Made by a program: the position numbers and the translations under genes. A stretch of DNA of 64,000 nt from an uncultured bacterium (GTDB lineage: Bacteria > Omnitrophota > Omnitrophia > Omnitrophales > Aquincolibacteriaceae): the NCBI GenBank assembly GCA_964562525.1, contig CAZLTL010000013.1, positions 16,698-80,697 of the forward strand, in the 5' to 3' direction. Below the pieces are notes generated by a model, which searched no databases, was not told the origin of the DNA, and saw only the letters and a program-made list of their open reading frames with translations. This document shows, in pieces, positions 19,377 through 29,099 of this stretch (its first letter is position 1; every line of letters begins with the position of its first letter).

Positions 19377-19555
19377 AAAAATAAAAAAATGTTATGATTC
19401 TGTCTCGCGCGGCGAAGATTAAATGTCGCAGCAACGGGAATAGGAAAGCGTGCATTCTACACAATTTCTATTTTTTTACGAATACAAAATGCAATTTTTT
19501 TATCACGTCGATAAGACGAAGTCCGAATCGATAATGAACTTGGGAGGATGAAACC

Positions 19556-19774
19556 ATGAGTATGCCCGGACCGATGGAACTGATTATTATCTTTTTGGTG
19601 ATTTTGCTGCTTTTTGGCGCGAAGCGTATCCCTGAAATTTTGAAGTCGTTTGGCGAAGGTGTCAAAGAGTTCAAAAAAGGGATGTCGAATTTGACGGATA
19701 CGAACTCGAATCAGTCTGATTCAGCTTCGAAGCCGGCGCCAAAACAGCCGGATTCGACCGAAAAGAAGCAGTAA
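19556..19774 (+). CDS. tatA: twin-arginine translocase subunit TatA/E
   Basis: 72 aa. N-terminal TM IIIFLVILLLFGAKRIPE followed by an amphipathic helix. Confidence 0.85.
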   Translation: MSMPGPMELIIIFLVILLLFGAKRIPEILKSFGEGVKEFKKGMSNLTDTNSNQSDSASKPAPKQPDSTEKKQ

Positions 19775-19778
19775 ATCG

Positions 19779-19820
19779 CCTTTTTCCGTAAGAAAAGCCT
19801 CGGAAAAGGTTTTTATTTTA
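19779..19820 (+). terminator. rho-independent terminator after tatA
   Basis: cctttttccg ... cggaaaagg stem followed by tttttatttt. Confidence 0.6.
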
Positions 19821-19853
19821 TAATCCCATAATTTTAATAAATTATGGGATTAT
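19820..19853. promoter_or_regulatory. perfect 14-bp-arm palindrome (candidate operator) upstream of metH
   Basis: ataatcccataatt-ttaata-aattatgggattat. Confidence 0.4.
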
Positions 19854-19895
19854 TTGTATATATAAACCCAATAATTAGGCTTATTTGATACAAAA

Positions 19896-22800
19896 GTGGC
19901 TGAAAATATACTAAATTCAATAAAAAATCGGATTCTAGTCCTCGATGGTGCCATGGGAACCATGATTCAGCGCTATAAATTGCTAGAAGATGATTATCGT
20001 GGTCAGGCCTATAAGAACCATCCCAGCCCACTTAAAGGTAATAATGACGCTTTGGTGGTGACTCAGCCCCATATTATTGAGGAAATTCATACAAAATACC
20101 TCGAAGCGGGTGCGGATATCCTGGAAACGAACTCTTTTAACGCAAATCGCGTCTCCATGGCCGATTATGGTTTTGAAGGGGAAGTCCGCCGCATTAACTT
20201 AGAAGCGGCGCGCGTCGCAAGACTTGCGGCCGATAAAATGACGGCCAAGACACCCAATAAACCTCGTTTTGTTGCCGGCTCAGTCGGCCCCACCACGAAA
20301 ACCGCTTCGCTTTCACCCAAAGTCAGCGATCCCGCTTTTCGCGCGGTCACTTTTGACGAACTTGTTTCCGCTTATTCCGAACAAATCGAAGCTTTGATTG
20401 AAGGCAAGGTTGATCTTATTTTGATCGAAACCGTTTTTGATACTTTAAATGCCAAGGCGGCGATTTTTGCCGTACAACAAACTTTCATCAAAGTCGGCAA
20501 AGAACTTCCGCTAATTGTGAGCGGAACGATCACTGACAAAAGCGGACGCACACTTTCGGGTCAAACCACCGAAGCATTTTGGAATTCGATTTCGCACGGC
20601 AAATTGCTTGCGGCGGGTTTGAATTGTGCGTTGGGCGCACAAGAGCTTGAACAATATGTGAAAGAAATGTCGCGCGTCGCAACTTGCTATGTTTCGGTTT
20701 ATCCGAACGCGGGTTTGCCGAATCAATTCGGCGAATATGATGAGCTTGCCGAACAAACCGCGGCGTTTATCAAACCTTGGGCGGAAAAAGGTTACATTAA
20801 TATTATTGGAGGCTGCTGCGGAACAACTCCCGACCATATCCGCGCCATGGCGCAAGCCGTTGAAGGTTTTAAACCGCGCCAACTTCCGACACCCGATTAT
20901 CTCACGCATTTAAGCGGTCTTGAGCCTGTCACGCTTCGTCCTGAAATTGCATTCGTCAATATCGGTGAACGCACCAATGTCACCGGCTCGCCGAAATTCG
21001 CCAAGTTTGTCAAAGAAGGCAATTGGGAAGAAGCTCTGAAGATCGCAAAGCAGCAGGTTGAGTCCGGCGCGATGATCATTGATATCAATATGGATGAAGG
21101 CTTGCTTGATTCCGAAGCCTTGATGACGCAATTCATGAATCTTGTCGCGTCTGAGCCGGAAATTTCCAAAGTGCCGATCATGGTCGACTCTTCGAAGTGG
21201 TCGGTCATTGAAGCGGGGCTCAAGTGCATGCAGGGCCGCGGTATTGTGAATTCGATTTCGCTTAAAGAGGGCGAAGCCGAACTCATTCGCCGCGCGAAAC
21301 TCATTCGCAGCTATGGTGCCGCGATGGTGCTCATGGCTTTTGATGAACAAGGCCAAGCCGACACTTATGAAAAGCGGACGAGCATTCTCACGCGCTCATT
21401 TAAAATTTTGACCGAGAAGGCGGATATCGCGCCCGAAGATATTTTCTTTGATCCGAATGTGCTGCCGATTGGTACCGGCTTGGAAGAGCATTCCAATTAC
21501 GCCGTTGATTTTATTGAAACCTGCAAATACTTGAAGAAGCTTTCACCGCGCAGTCATATTACGGGCGGCGTCAGCAATTTATCTTTCGGCTTTCGCGGTA
21601 AAAATGAAATTCGCGAAGCCATTCACGCGGTTTTCCTCTATCACGCCATCAAAGCGGGCATGGACTCGGGCATTGTGAATCCCGGGCTTTTGCATGTGTA
21701 TAGCGACATTCCGAAAGATTTGCTCACGCTCGCGGAAGATTTGGTTTTAAACCGCAATCCGAATGCTACCGAGGCGCTTTTGAAATATGCCGAAGAACAT
21801 ACGTCTGAGAAAAAAGACACCACCAAAGTTTTAGAGTGGCGCACCAAGCCCGTGCGCGAACGGTTAACGCATGCGCTTGTGAACGGCATCGCCGATTTCG
21901 TTGAGCCTGATCTTGATGAAGTGATTCCGCTTTATCCGACGGCGCTTGAAATTATCGAAGGCCCGCTCATGGACGGTATGAAAATCGTCGGCGATTTATT
22001 CGGCGAAGGGAAAATGTTTTTGCCGCAGGTGGTGAAGTCCGCGCGCGTGATGAAAAAAGCCGTGGCTCATTTAACGCCTTTGATCGAAGCCCAGAAAAAA
22101 GTCGGCTCCACAATCGGCAAAGTCATCATGGCGACCGTCAAAGGCGATGTGCATGACATCGGTAAAAACATTGTCGGCGTCGTTCTCGGCTGTAATGGTT
22201 ATGACATTGTCGATTTGGGCGTGATGGTGCCCTTGGAGAAAATTTTGGAAGAGGCTAAAAAACAAAAAGCCGACATCATTGGTTTGTCGGGGCTCATTAC
22301 GCCGTCGTTGGATGAAATGGTTTATGTCGCGCAGGAAATGGAAGCGCGCAAACTGAAAACGCCGCTTTTAATCGGCGGCGCGACGACAAGTGAGCGCCAC
22401 ACCGCGGTTAAAATTGATCCGATGTATTCGGGGCCCGTCATTCATGTGACGGATGCTTCGCGCAGTGTCGGAGTTTGCCAAGAATTGCTCAGCGAAGCTC
22501 GCCGTGACGCGTACGCCCAAACATTTAAAGTGAAGTATCAGAAATTACGCGATGATTTTGAGAAGAACCGGGGCAAGATACAATTGTTGTCCCTCGATGA
22601 AGCTCGGGACCAAGGCGCGAAGTTAAACTTCGCGGGCAATTGCGCACCGGTTAAGCCCAGTTGGTTGGGTGTTAAATCTTTTCACGATTGGGATCTCGCC
22701 GAAATCCGCAAATATATTGATTGGACGCCTTTCTTTCAAACGTGGGAGCTTGCCGGAAGATATCCCGCGATTCTCGAAGATAAAGTCGTTGGCAAAGAAG

Positions 22801-23537
22801 CCAAAAAACTTTTCGATGACGCGCAAGTCATGCTTGAACAAATGGTGAAAGAAAAATGGGTCAGCGCGCATGCAACGATTGGTTTCTTTGAAGCTGCGCG
22901 CGATCAAGATGACATTGTCATATCAAAAGACGGCAAGAAATTAGAAACTTTCTGCACGCTTCGCCAACAGGGAGTTGTTTCGGGTCAGCCGAATAAAGCT
23001 TTGGCTGATTTTATTGCGCCAGCGAATGATTATATGGGCTTCTTCGTTTCTACCGCGGGTGTGGGTCTAGAAAAGCATGTCGCAAAATTCGAAAAAGATC
23101 ATGACGATTACAAATCGATTCTCGTGAAAGCGCTTGCCGATCGTTTTGCTGAAGCATTTACGGAACTCTTGCATGAACGGGTTCGTAAAGAATGGTGGGG
23201 TTACGCGAAAAATGAAAATCTGACGCCTGAACAGTTAATTAAAGAAGAATACGATGGTATTCGTCCTGCGCCGGGTTATCCCGCTTGCCCTGAACATACC
23301 GAAAAAGCAAAGCTCTTTAAATTGCTCGATGCCGAAAAAAATTGCGGTGTGAAATTGACTGAGAATTTCGCGATGTGGCCGGCGTCTTCCGTGAGCGGTT
23401 TTTATTTTGCTCATCCTGAGTCGCAGTATTTTGCGGTGGGGAAGATTAATAAAGATCAAATCGAAGATTACGCTCGTAGGAAAAATATGAGTGTGAAAGA
23501 GATCGAACGCTGGCTTAGTCCGTATTTGGCATATTGA
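19896..23537 (+). CDS. metH: cobalamin-dependent methionine synthase
   Basis: 1213 aa. Hcy-binding, pterin-binding, B12-binding ([25 protein letters not shown]) and AdoMet-reactivation domains are all recognisable. Confidence 0.95.
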   Translation: MAENILNSIKNRILVLDGAMGTMIQRYKLLEDDYRGQAYKNHPSPLKGNNDALVVTQPHIIEEIHTKYLEAGADILETNSFNANRVSMADYGFEGEVRRINLEAARVARLAADKMTAKTPNKPRFVAGSVGPTTKTASLSPKVSDPAFRAVTFDELVSAYSEQIEALIEGKVDLILIETVFDTLNAKAAIFAVQQTFIKVGKELPLIVSGTITDKSGRTLSGQTTEAFWNSISHGKLLAAGLNCALGAQELEQYVKEMSRVATCYVSVYPNAGLPNQFGEYDELAEQTAAFIKPWAEKGYINIIGGCCGTTPDHIRAMAQAVEGFKPRQLPTPDYLTHLSGLEPVTLRPEIAFVNIGERTNVTGSPKFAKFVKEGNWEEALKIAKQQVESGAMIIDINMDEGLLDSEALMTQFMNLVASEPEISKVPIMVDSSKWSVIEAGLKCMQGRGIVNSISLKEGEAELIRRAKLIRSYGAAMVLMAFDEQGQADTYEKRTSILTRSFKILTEKADIAPEDIFFDPNVLPIGTGLEEHSNYAVDFIETCKYLKKLSPRSHITGGVSNLSFGFRGKNEIREAIHAVFLYHAIKAGMDSGIVNPGLLHVYSDIPKDLLTLAEDLVLNRNPNATEALLKYAEEHTSEKKDTTKVLEWRTKPVRERLTHALVNGIADFVEPDLDEVIPLYPTALEIIEGPLMDGMKIVGDLFGEGKMFLPQVVKSARVMKKAVAHLTPLIEAQKKVGSTIGKVIMATVKGDVHDIGKNIVGVVLGCNGYDIVDLGVMVPLEKILEEAKKQKADIIGLSGLITPSLDEMVYVAQEMEARKLKTPLLIGGATTSERHTAVKIDPMYSGPVIHVTDASRSVGVCQELLSEARRDAYAQTFKVKYQKLRDDFEKNRGKIQLLSLDEARDQGAKLNFAGNCAPVKPSWLGVKSFHDWDLAEIRKYIDWTPFFQTWELAGRYPAILEDKVVGKEAKKLFDDAQVMLEQMVKEKWVSAHATIGFFEAARDQDDIVISKDGKKLETFCTLRQQGVVSGQPNKALADFIAPANDYMGFFVSTAGVGLEKHVAKFEKDHDDYKSILVKALADRFAEAFTELLHERVRKEWWGYAKNENLTPEQLIKEEYDGIRPAPGYPACPEHTEKAKLFKLLDAEKNCGVKLTENFAMWPASSVSGFYFAHPESQYFAVGKINKDQIEDYARRKNMSVKEIERWLSPYLAY

Positions 23538-23660
23538 AAACCACTGAAAAGGGCTCATCTGCGGCGTTGCAAGCTCGTTTCCTTGTGCGGCGTATTAGTC
23601 CATACGCCTCCGCGGGCAATCGCTTGCGCCTTGCATCTAAACCCTTTTGAGCTGTTTTGA
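23538..23660 (+). repeat. structured intergenic repeat, family 2, copy 1 (starts at the metH stop, ends in a T-run)
   Basis: About 70% identical to 63702-63830. Conserved hairpin ggcgta...tacgcc. The 5' aaaaggg pairs with the 3' ccctttt, then ctgtttt. Confidence 0.6.
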
Positions 23661-23694
23661 AATGTTCTGAGTTATTAAACTTTGGATTAAAAAT

Positions 23695-25065
23695 ATGAAT
23701 GATGATCAAAGGATGGGTGATTTCTTTTTTCATGTTGGCACATATAAAATTTTTCAAGAGGGGCTGCGCGCATTGATTCAAAAAATCGATGCGATTCATG
23801 AAAGTGTTGCAGAGTTCGATCTAGAAAAAAAGCCATATGAGGAAGAAAGAAAAAGATTAAGGCAAATGGTTGAATGGGGAAGCAAGCAGCTGCAAGGAAA
23901 GAGTGATTTTGACGAAATTTTTATTCAAGGCATAAGCGCTGGTAGTTTGAGGCGCTTAAAAGCGGCGGCGCTAATTAAGGCTGCCGAGTATGAAGCCAAA
24001 AAGAGAGACTTACAAGCCAATCAAAATGTTGCCCCCACTGTTATAGAAGCAATTAATGTAAAAATTAAAGAAGTTATAGAAAAATCTAAAATTGGTGTTC
24101 TGGGGAAGGTTGAGCCAGCAGAAATCTATTCTGAAGTTATGACCATAGAAGCAGCCAAAACAAAGCCGCTAGGGACAGATGTTGTTTTTATTAGTTATGA
24201 AACTAGCGAAATAGATTTAGCTTTTTTTATTGATGCCTTGCTCAAAGCGCGCAGCGAACAAATAAAACCATTTATAGCTAAAAGAGATATTGCAGCTGGA
24301 AGCGAACCATTTCAAGTAATGTTACGAGATCATCTTTTAAAGGCTAGATCTATTATTTCTATCTGTACCGCGCAATCAAAAAACTCACGATGGATATGGT
24401 GGGAGTCTTCTGCTGTTTGGGCAAGTGGGGGTAAGGTGTTTCCTATATATGCCAAAATTACTCCCGAAGAATTTGGCGAGCCACTTAAAACTTTATTTCA
24501 AGGTAAAAAGCTGTTTGATTCTGAGGATTTAGAATCCATGTTGGGTGCATTGTTTGCGCACCATAAAATAAAACCTAAATTTTTAAAATTGACCTCACAA
24601 GAAGTGGAGAAACTAAAAAGCCTTTCCACTTTTACAGCGGAAGAAAAGCATTATTCTTGTCGGATCAAATCGATTTTAAAGCGAGAGGAATATGGGCTTA
24701 AGATTTCTGCATTGCAATTTGGGGTAACTAATTTAAGTGGTGCGCAATTCAAAAATGTTGATTTGGAATTAAATTTGCCAGCTAATCGGTTAATTCGAAA
24801 CTTTAACTACCCACATCTCTCAAGTCGACGGATCGCTGATGAAATGACGCAGCTATTTTTTAGTTATTCTAACTTGTCAGAAGTTGCAAAAGGTCATTTT
24901 CGTAATAATCTTTTTCCAAAAAATGAATTGATGGTTTTTGGTGAAAGTGGAATAACAAATTTAGAATATAAGGAAACAGGGGAAGAGTTGACAGTTTTTT
25001 GGAGATTGTTTATCGATGGCCACTTAGCGGGAGAAAGCAAAGAGACAATACCCCCGCTTTCTTAA
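23695..25065 (+). CDS. TIR-domain protein (N-terminal helical region, central TIR, C-terminal domain of unknown function)
   Basis: 456 aa. DVVFISYETSE ... SIISICTAQSKNSRWIWWESS matches the TIR core (FISY ... SxxSxWCxxE). About 38-40% GC versus about 50% for the flanking genes. Confidence 0.55.
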   Translation: MNDDQRMGDFFFHVGTYKIFQEGLRALIQKIDAIHESVAEFDLEKKPYEEERKRLRQMVEWGSKQLQGKSDFDEIFIQGISAGSLRRLKAAALIKAAEYEAKKRDLQANQNVAPTVIEAINVKIKEVIEKSKIGVLGKVEPAEIYSEVMTIEAAKTKPLGTDVVFISYETSEIDLAFFIDALLKARSEQIKPFIAKRDIAAGSEPFQVMLRDHLLKARSIISICTAQSKNSRWIWWESSAVWASGGKVFPIYAKITPEEFGEPLKTLFQGKKLFDSEDLESMLGALFAHHKIKPKFLKLTSQEVEKLKSLSTFTAEEKHYSCRIKSILKREEYGLKISALQFGVTNLSGAQFKNVDLELNLPANRLIRNFNYPHLSSRRIADEMTQLFFSYSNLSEVAKGHFRNNLFPKNELMVFGESGITNLEYKETGEELTVFWRLFIDGHLAGESKETIPPLS

Positions 25066-25112
25066 ACTAGGTACAGAAAAAGGTACCGGGTACCATGGGG
25101 ACAGGCAGAAAT

Positions 25113-25208
25113 AGTTCAGAATTTATAAATCAGAGTTCAGAGATGGATAGCTAGCTAAAAGCCTTTGATTTATGGTTCTGATTTCTGATTTTTGAATTCT
25201 GATTTAAA
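25113..25208 (+). repeat. structured intergenic repeat, family 1, copy B
   Basis: About 85% identical to 28950-29045. The internal arms tcagaatttataaatcaga and tctgatttttgaattctga are mutually complementary. Confidence 0.65.
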
Positions 25209-25237
25209 AAAATTTGGCTGATAGGTTGTGGTTATGC

Positions 25238-25262
25238 CTGCCTGCCGGCAGGCAGGGTTTTG
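25238..25262 (+). terminator. perfect 20-bp palindrome followed by a T-run (candidate terminator or binding site)
   Basis: cctgcctgccggcaggcagg then gtttt. Confidence 0.4.
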
Positions 25263-25290
25263 AGATTTAAACTTTGAGATAAAAACTATT

Positions 25291-26451
25291 ATGAATACGG
25301 ATCTTTTGTTTATCGTAGGCATTCCGGGCTTATTTTTTGTTTTTATCATCTTCATTTTTTTGTTCGCGATTCGTGAGAGCAAAAGAACAATCTCGAAGCT
25401 TTCGATGGTTTTGCCAGAAGCGGGGAAAATTCATTTTCATTTTCACCCCAGCGGAACGGCCAATCATGGCGGGCAGAAATACAACTATTTGTATTATGCC
25501 GGAAGCAGGAATAGCCCGTGCCGTCTCGCCATTTCAATTGATGTGAACTCTTTGGCTCAGTTTCGGATTGTCAAAGAAACCAAAACGGATGGGTTCTTTA
25601 AAAAGCTGGGCATCAATCAGGAGTTGCAAACGGGTGATTTCGATTTTGATCAAAAATATTATATTCTGTCGGGCGCGAATGAATTTGTTTCGGATGTTCT
25701 TCGTGAGCAGAGTTCTCGTGATACCTTTCGATTTGTTTTTGAAACAGGTTTTACGGAAATAAGTCTTAAAGACGGCAAGCTTGAGGCGGAGTGGCAGGGC
25801 TTTAGTTTTCCGGCCAATGTTCAGTCTGAATCCATTGCGCGTGTAATTGATGCGCTTCGCCGGATTGCAAAAAATATTCCAGAGCAAAGTCCGGCGATGG
25901 TTATTGCGAGCAAGCCTTCTCGGATGAGTCAATTAGCTCGTTATGCCGTTCATGCGATTCCTTTTATTTTAGGGGTTGCCGGATTTATTTTTTTAGTGAT
26001 GGCTGATTTGCCTCTGGATGGGCAGACCTTCTTTTTTAAATCGCTTTTCATCAGTTTGCCTTCATTGCTTGCGCTCGTTTTTTTTGCTTCGAAGTTTTTG
26101 CGGGGCCGCGCCTCTTCGGGGCGAGAGGTTCTGTTCTTTTCCGTGGTCGCGGTGATTAGCATGCCTTTGTTTGTTTATGGGTACGGAGTTTATCTTAATT
26201 GTAAAACGGATCACTCTTCGGTGATTCGTCATGAGGTTTTGGTCCTTTCAAAGCGAGTTGAGAAAAGCAAGAGTTCAACAAGCTACTACATGAATGTTGC
26301 ATCCTGGCGTGATGCGCGTGGGGCTGAGAGATTAAGAGTTTCGAGAGATTTTTTTCAGCAAGTTCAACCCTCAGAAAGCCGAGTTGAGATTGCTTCCCGT
26401 TCAGGCGCTTTGAGATATGAGTGGGTTGAATCTTACTCTCTGATTGATTAA
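25291..26451 (+). CDS. hypothetical polytopic membrane protein
   Basis: 386 aa. N-terminal TM, a soluble domain of about 180 aa, 3-4 further TM helices, and a C-terminal domain of about 85 aa. No known motif. Confidence 0.5.
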   Translation: MNTDLLFIVGIPGLFFVFIIFIFLFAIRESKRTISKLSMVLPEAGKIHFHFHPSGTANHGGQKYNYLYYAGSRNSPCRLAISIDVNSLAQFRIVKETKTDGFFKKLGINQELQTGDFDFDQKYYILSGANEFVSDVLREQSSRDTFRFVFETGFTEISLKDGKLEAEWQGFSFPANVQSESIARVIDALRRIAKNIPEQSPAMVIASKPSRMSQLARYAVHAIPFILGVAGFIFLVMADLPLDGQTFFFKSLFISLPSLLALVFFASKFLRGRASSGREVLFFSVVAVISMPLFVYGYGVYLNCKTDHSSVIRHEVLVLSKRVEKSKSSTSYYMNVASWRDARGAERLRVSRDFFQQVQPSESRVEIASRSGALRYEWVESYSLID

Positions 26452-26569
26452 CTCCCGCATGATGGGGTACCGTCAGGGGCGGGATAGCTTCAAAGAAGTA
26501 TGGCGTACAAAGTCTTTCGATATACTATTTACGGTGTGCGATGTCTCAGTGCAAAAGGTCAGGTAACAA

Positions 26570-27295
26570 ATGAATAAACTTTATGTGGTTTGCGGTGTGA
26601 ATGGGGGAATTGGGCAGGTTTTGGCTGAAATGCTTTTGGCCGAGGGACATGACTTGATTGTGACAGTTCGGCATAAAGAAAATTTACCGGCGTCGCTCAA
26701 ATCGCCCAAGGTTCGTTGCGAGGAATGGGATGTGACGGATGCGGCGCGGATTCAAACTCTTTTTGAATCGCTTCCTGAAACCACCGCGATTGCGGGTTTG
26801 GCTTATTGCATCGGCTCCATGGATTTGATTTCGTTGCGCGGAGCGACGGATGATCGTTTTGTGAAGGCCTTTGAAGTGAATGTTCTTGGCGCCGTAAGAA
26901 TTTTGCGCGCGGCTGAGAAAATGTTAAAACTGGGCCAGGGCTCAGTTGTTTTGTTTTCAAGTATCGCCGCAGGGCAGGGTTTTGCGAGTCACAGTATTAT
27001 TGGTGCCGTCAAAGGCGGCGTCGAAGGATTGGCGCGGTCGCTCGCCGCGGAATGGGCACCGCAAGTGCGCGTGAATTGTATTGCCCCCAGTCTAACCAAA
27101 ACGCCGCTCGCTCAAAAAATTACGGCCAATGAAAAACTTGCGGCAAGCATTGCCGCTGCGCATCCTTTAAATAGATTGGGTGAGCCGCAAGATGTTGCCG
27201 CGCTTGCGCATTTTCTTTTAAGCCAAGATTCAGGCTGGATTACAGGACAAGTGATGGGCGTTGACGGTGGGCGCAGTCACTTGCAAAGCAAATAA
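26570..27295 (+). CDS. SDR-family short-chain dehydrogenase/reductase
   Basis: 241 aa. An atypical N-terminal glycine-rich motif (VCGVNGGIGQ), a Rossmann fold, and an S..Y...K-like catalytic region. Confidence 0.7.
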   Translation: MNKLYVVCGVNGGIGQVLAEMLLAEGHDLIVTVRHKENLPASLKSPKVRCEEWDVTDAARIQTLFESLPETTAIAGLAYCIGSMDLISLRGATDDRFVKAFEVNVLGAVRILRAAEKMLKLGQGSVVLFSSIAAGQGFASHSIIGAVKGGVEGLARSLAAEWAPQVRVNCIAPSLTKTPLAQKITANEKLAASIAAAHPLNRLGEPQDVAALAHFLLSQDSGWITGQVMGVDGGRSHLQSK

Positions 27296-27322
27296 TAAAA
27301 AGCACTATCGAGGTTGGAATAC

Positions 27323-27358
27323 ATCAAATCGTGCTGAGTGAACTCAGCACGATTTGAT
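27323..27358. terminator. 17-bp perfect inverted repeat between convergent genes
   Basis: atcaaatcgtgctgagt-ga-actcagcacgatttgat. Confidence 0.5.
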
Positions 27359-27373
27359 ATCTTCCGAGGTTGC

Positions 27374-28714
27374 TTATCTTGCCCCTCCGTTTTGGGCTGC
27401 TGCTGCGGCTCTTGCTCTTGCCTCCGCAAGCGCTCTTTGCTTGGCCGCTTCTCTCTCTGCCGCATCACGTTTTTGTTTTTCTCTTGCTTCTTCCCACCAT
27501 TTTCGGTCGGCTTCTTCTTTGGCCTTTTTCTCAGCCTCTTTTTCTAACTTTCTTTTTTCACGCCGTTCTTTGGCTTCTTTCGGGTCATACTTTGCATCTT
27601 TCGTTGGGTCTGTTCTATCGGCAGCGTAGTTTTCGGCCGGGACTTGTCCTGTTGATTCAGAGCCGCTTCCATCGGTGCCTGTGCTCATAGGATCCGAGTA
27701 ATTTTGATAATCCATGCTTCCATACATAGTTGTGTCTTCTGAATAATCAGAGTAATCCTCTTCAGAATAGTCATCTTCGTAATACTCTTCTTCCCAATCA
27801 CCACCCGAGTAGCCCGGATATTCCTCATCGATGAACTCTTCCTCTGGATTTTCCATGTCCCAGTTGTTTAAAAACTCCTCTTCGTTAAATTCTTCCTGAG
27901 CCATATCCGCTGCCGGTTCTTCTGTCGGCATCACCTCTGTTCCCGGAGTTTCGGGCATGACCGCTTCTGTTGAGGCTGTATCTTCTGCTGCAGGCACAGA
28001 GCTGTCGTTGCCGTCATTTTGTGATGCGGCGTCTTCGATTTCTTGGTTAGCTTCATTCCACGCTTGTTCCGATTCTTCAAGCGCTTCAAGAAAGGGGCCA
28101 TACATTTCTTGTTTTTCTTCTTCGTCCATTTCACTTAACGGACGATCGTCTGTTTCTGCGCTGAATGGATCTGATGTGTCTGTTGTTTCTTCCGCGGGGG
28201 AATTTTCTTCTGATCCGGGGGCTTCTGCTTCTTCGGTATTCGCTGAGTTTTCAGACTCCGTGCTTTGCATAGCCGACTCATCTGCTTGCCGCTGCATTTC
28301 AATCAAATGTTCTTCGCTGGGTTCAAACTCAGACATAGTTCCGTCAGCTTTGAAGTGAGATGCGCTTCCATAATTTTGGTGATCAAAAACAGTGAAGTCG
28401 TATTCGTTGCCGTTTGCAGTCGTACCTTTTTCACGTTGAACACTTATCATCCCATGAGGGAAGTGCTCATTGATAACAATCTGAACGACCTCATCTAAAG
28501 AGGGTGTTGCTTCTGAAATTGCACCATCTTCCCAGGGATCAGACGGCGTTTCAGCGGCAGAGTCAGTAGTAGTTTCATCAGCGGAAACCTCAGGCTGCAG
28601 TGAGGTATCAGTTCCGAGGTTTGCAGGATCAGCAAAAAGCATAGTTGGTGGAATTGTTAAGCTGATACAAATTAGAGCCACGATGAATTTAAAACTTAGT
28701 TTCTGGATTTGCAT
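27374..28714 (-). CDS. secreted low-complexity protein with an acidic body and a Lys/Arg/Glu-rich C-terminal tail
   Basis: 446 aa with a signal peptide, long D/E/S/T-rich stretches, and a C-terminal tail KEAKERREKRKLEKEAEKKAKEEADRK... The plus strand here is a polypyrimidine tract of about 200 nt. Confidence 0.6.
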   Translation of the reverse strand: MQIQKLSFKFIVALICISLTIPPTMLFADPANLGTDTSLQPEVSADETTTDSAAETPSDPWEDGAISEATPSLDEVVQIVINEHFPHGMISVQREKGTTANGNEYDFTVFDHQNYGSASHFKADGTMSEFEPSEEHLIEMQRQADESAMQSTESENSANTEEAEAPGSEENSPAEETTDTSDPFSAETDDRPLSEMDEEEKQEMYGPFLEALEESEQAWNEANQEIEDAASQNDGNDSSVPAAEDTASTEAVMPETPGTEVMPTEEPAADMAQEEFNEEEFLNNWDMENPEEEFIDEEYPGYSGGDWEEEYYEDDYSEEDYSDYSEDTTMYGSMDYQNYSDPMSTGTDGSGSESTGQVPAENYAADRTDPTKDAKYDPKEAKERREKRKLEKEAEKKAKEEADRKWWEEAREKQKRDAAEREAAKQRALAEARARAAAAAQNGGAR

Positions 28715-28949
28715 TTTTGCCCCTTCTGTTTTAGTAGACTTTCTATATCTATTTAGGAAGATAGTTCATGATTGTTTTTATGCAATAGCAGCAGTCAAAA
28801 TGACTAATAGTGCTAGATTTTTAAAAATAATTAATGACTTGTTTGAGACATGAATTAGCTTGAGGCATATGGTTGATCCGACAGATATAATCATAGAAAG
28901 AATTTCTTATAAGAAACAATGGACGCCGTCCGGTGGAGGCGGTTAAGTT

Positions 28950-29045
28950 AGTTCAGAACTCATAAATCAGAGTTTAGAGTTTGATGGTTAGCTGCAAGCC
29001 TTTGCATTATGGTTCTGATTTCTGATCTTTGATTTCCGAGTTTCT
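28950..29045 (+). repeat. structured intergenic repeat, family 1, copy C
   Basis: Aligns along its whole length with 25113-25208. Confidence 0.65.
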
Positions 29046-29099
29046 GTTTCTTCGTCAGGCAGTGGTTTTCGGTGTTTTGTCTCGAAAAAAGGAGAACCA

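Noticed and set aside
20511-21356. Antisense ORFs of 132-148 aa inside metH. Similar antisense ORFs lie inside actB (16440-16838, 16780-17064), coxA (8211-8537) and other large genes.
   Set aside because: Each lies fully within a high-confidence gene on the opposite strand. They lack a start context and have no motifs, so they are shadow frames.
27338-27690. Three plus-strand ORFs (69-106 aa) with Leu/Ser/Phe-rich low-complexity translations.
   Set aside because: These are reading-frame shadows of the polypyrimidine tract that encodes the KE-rich tail of the minus-strand gene 27374-28714.
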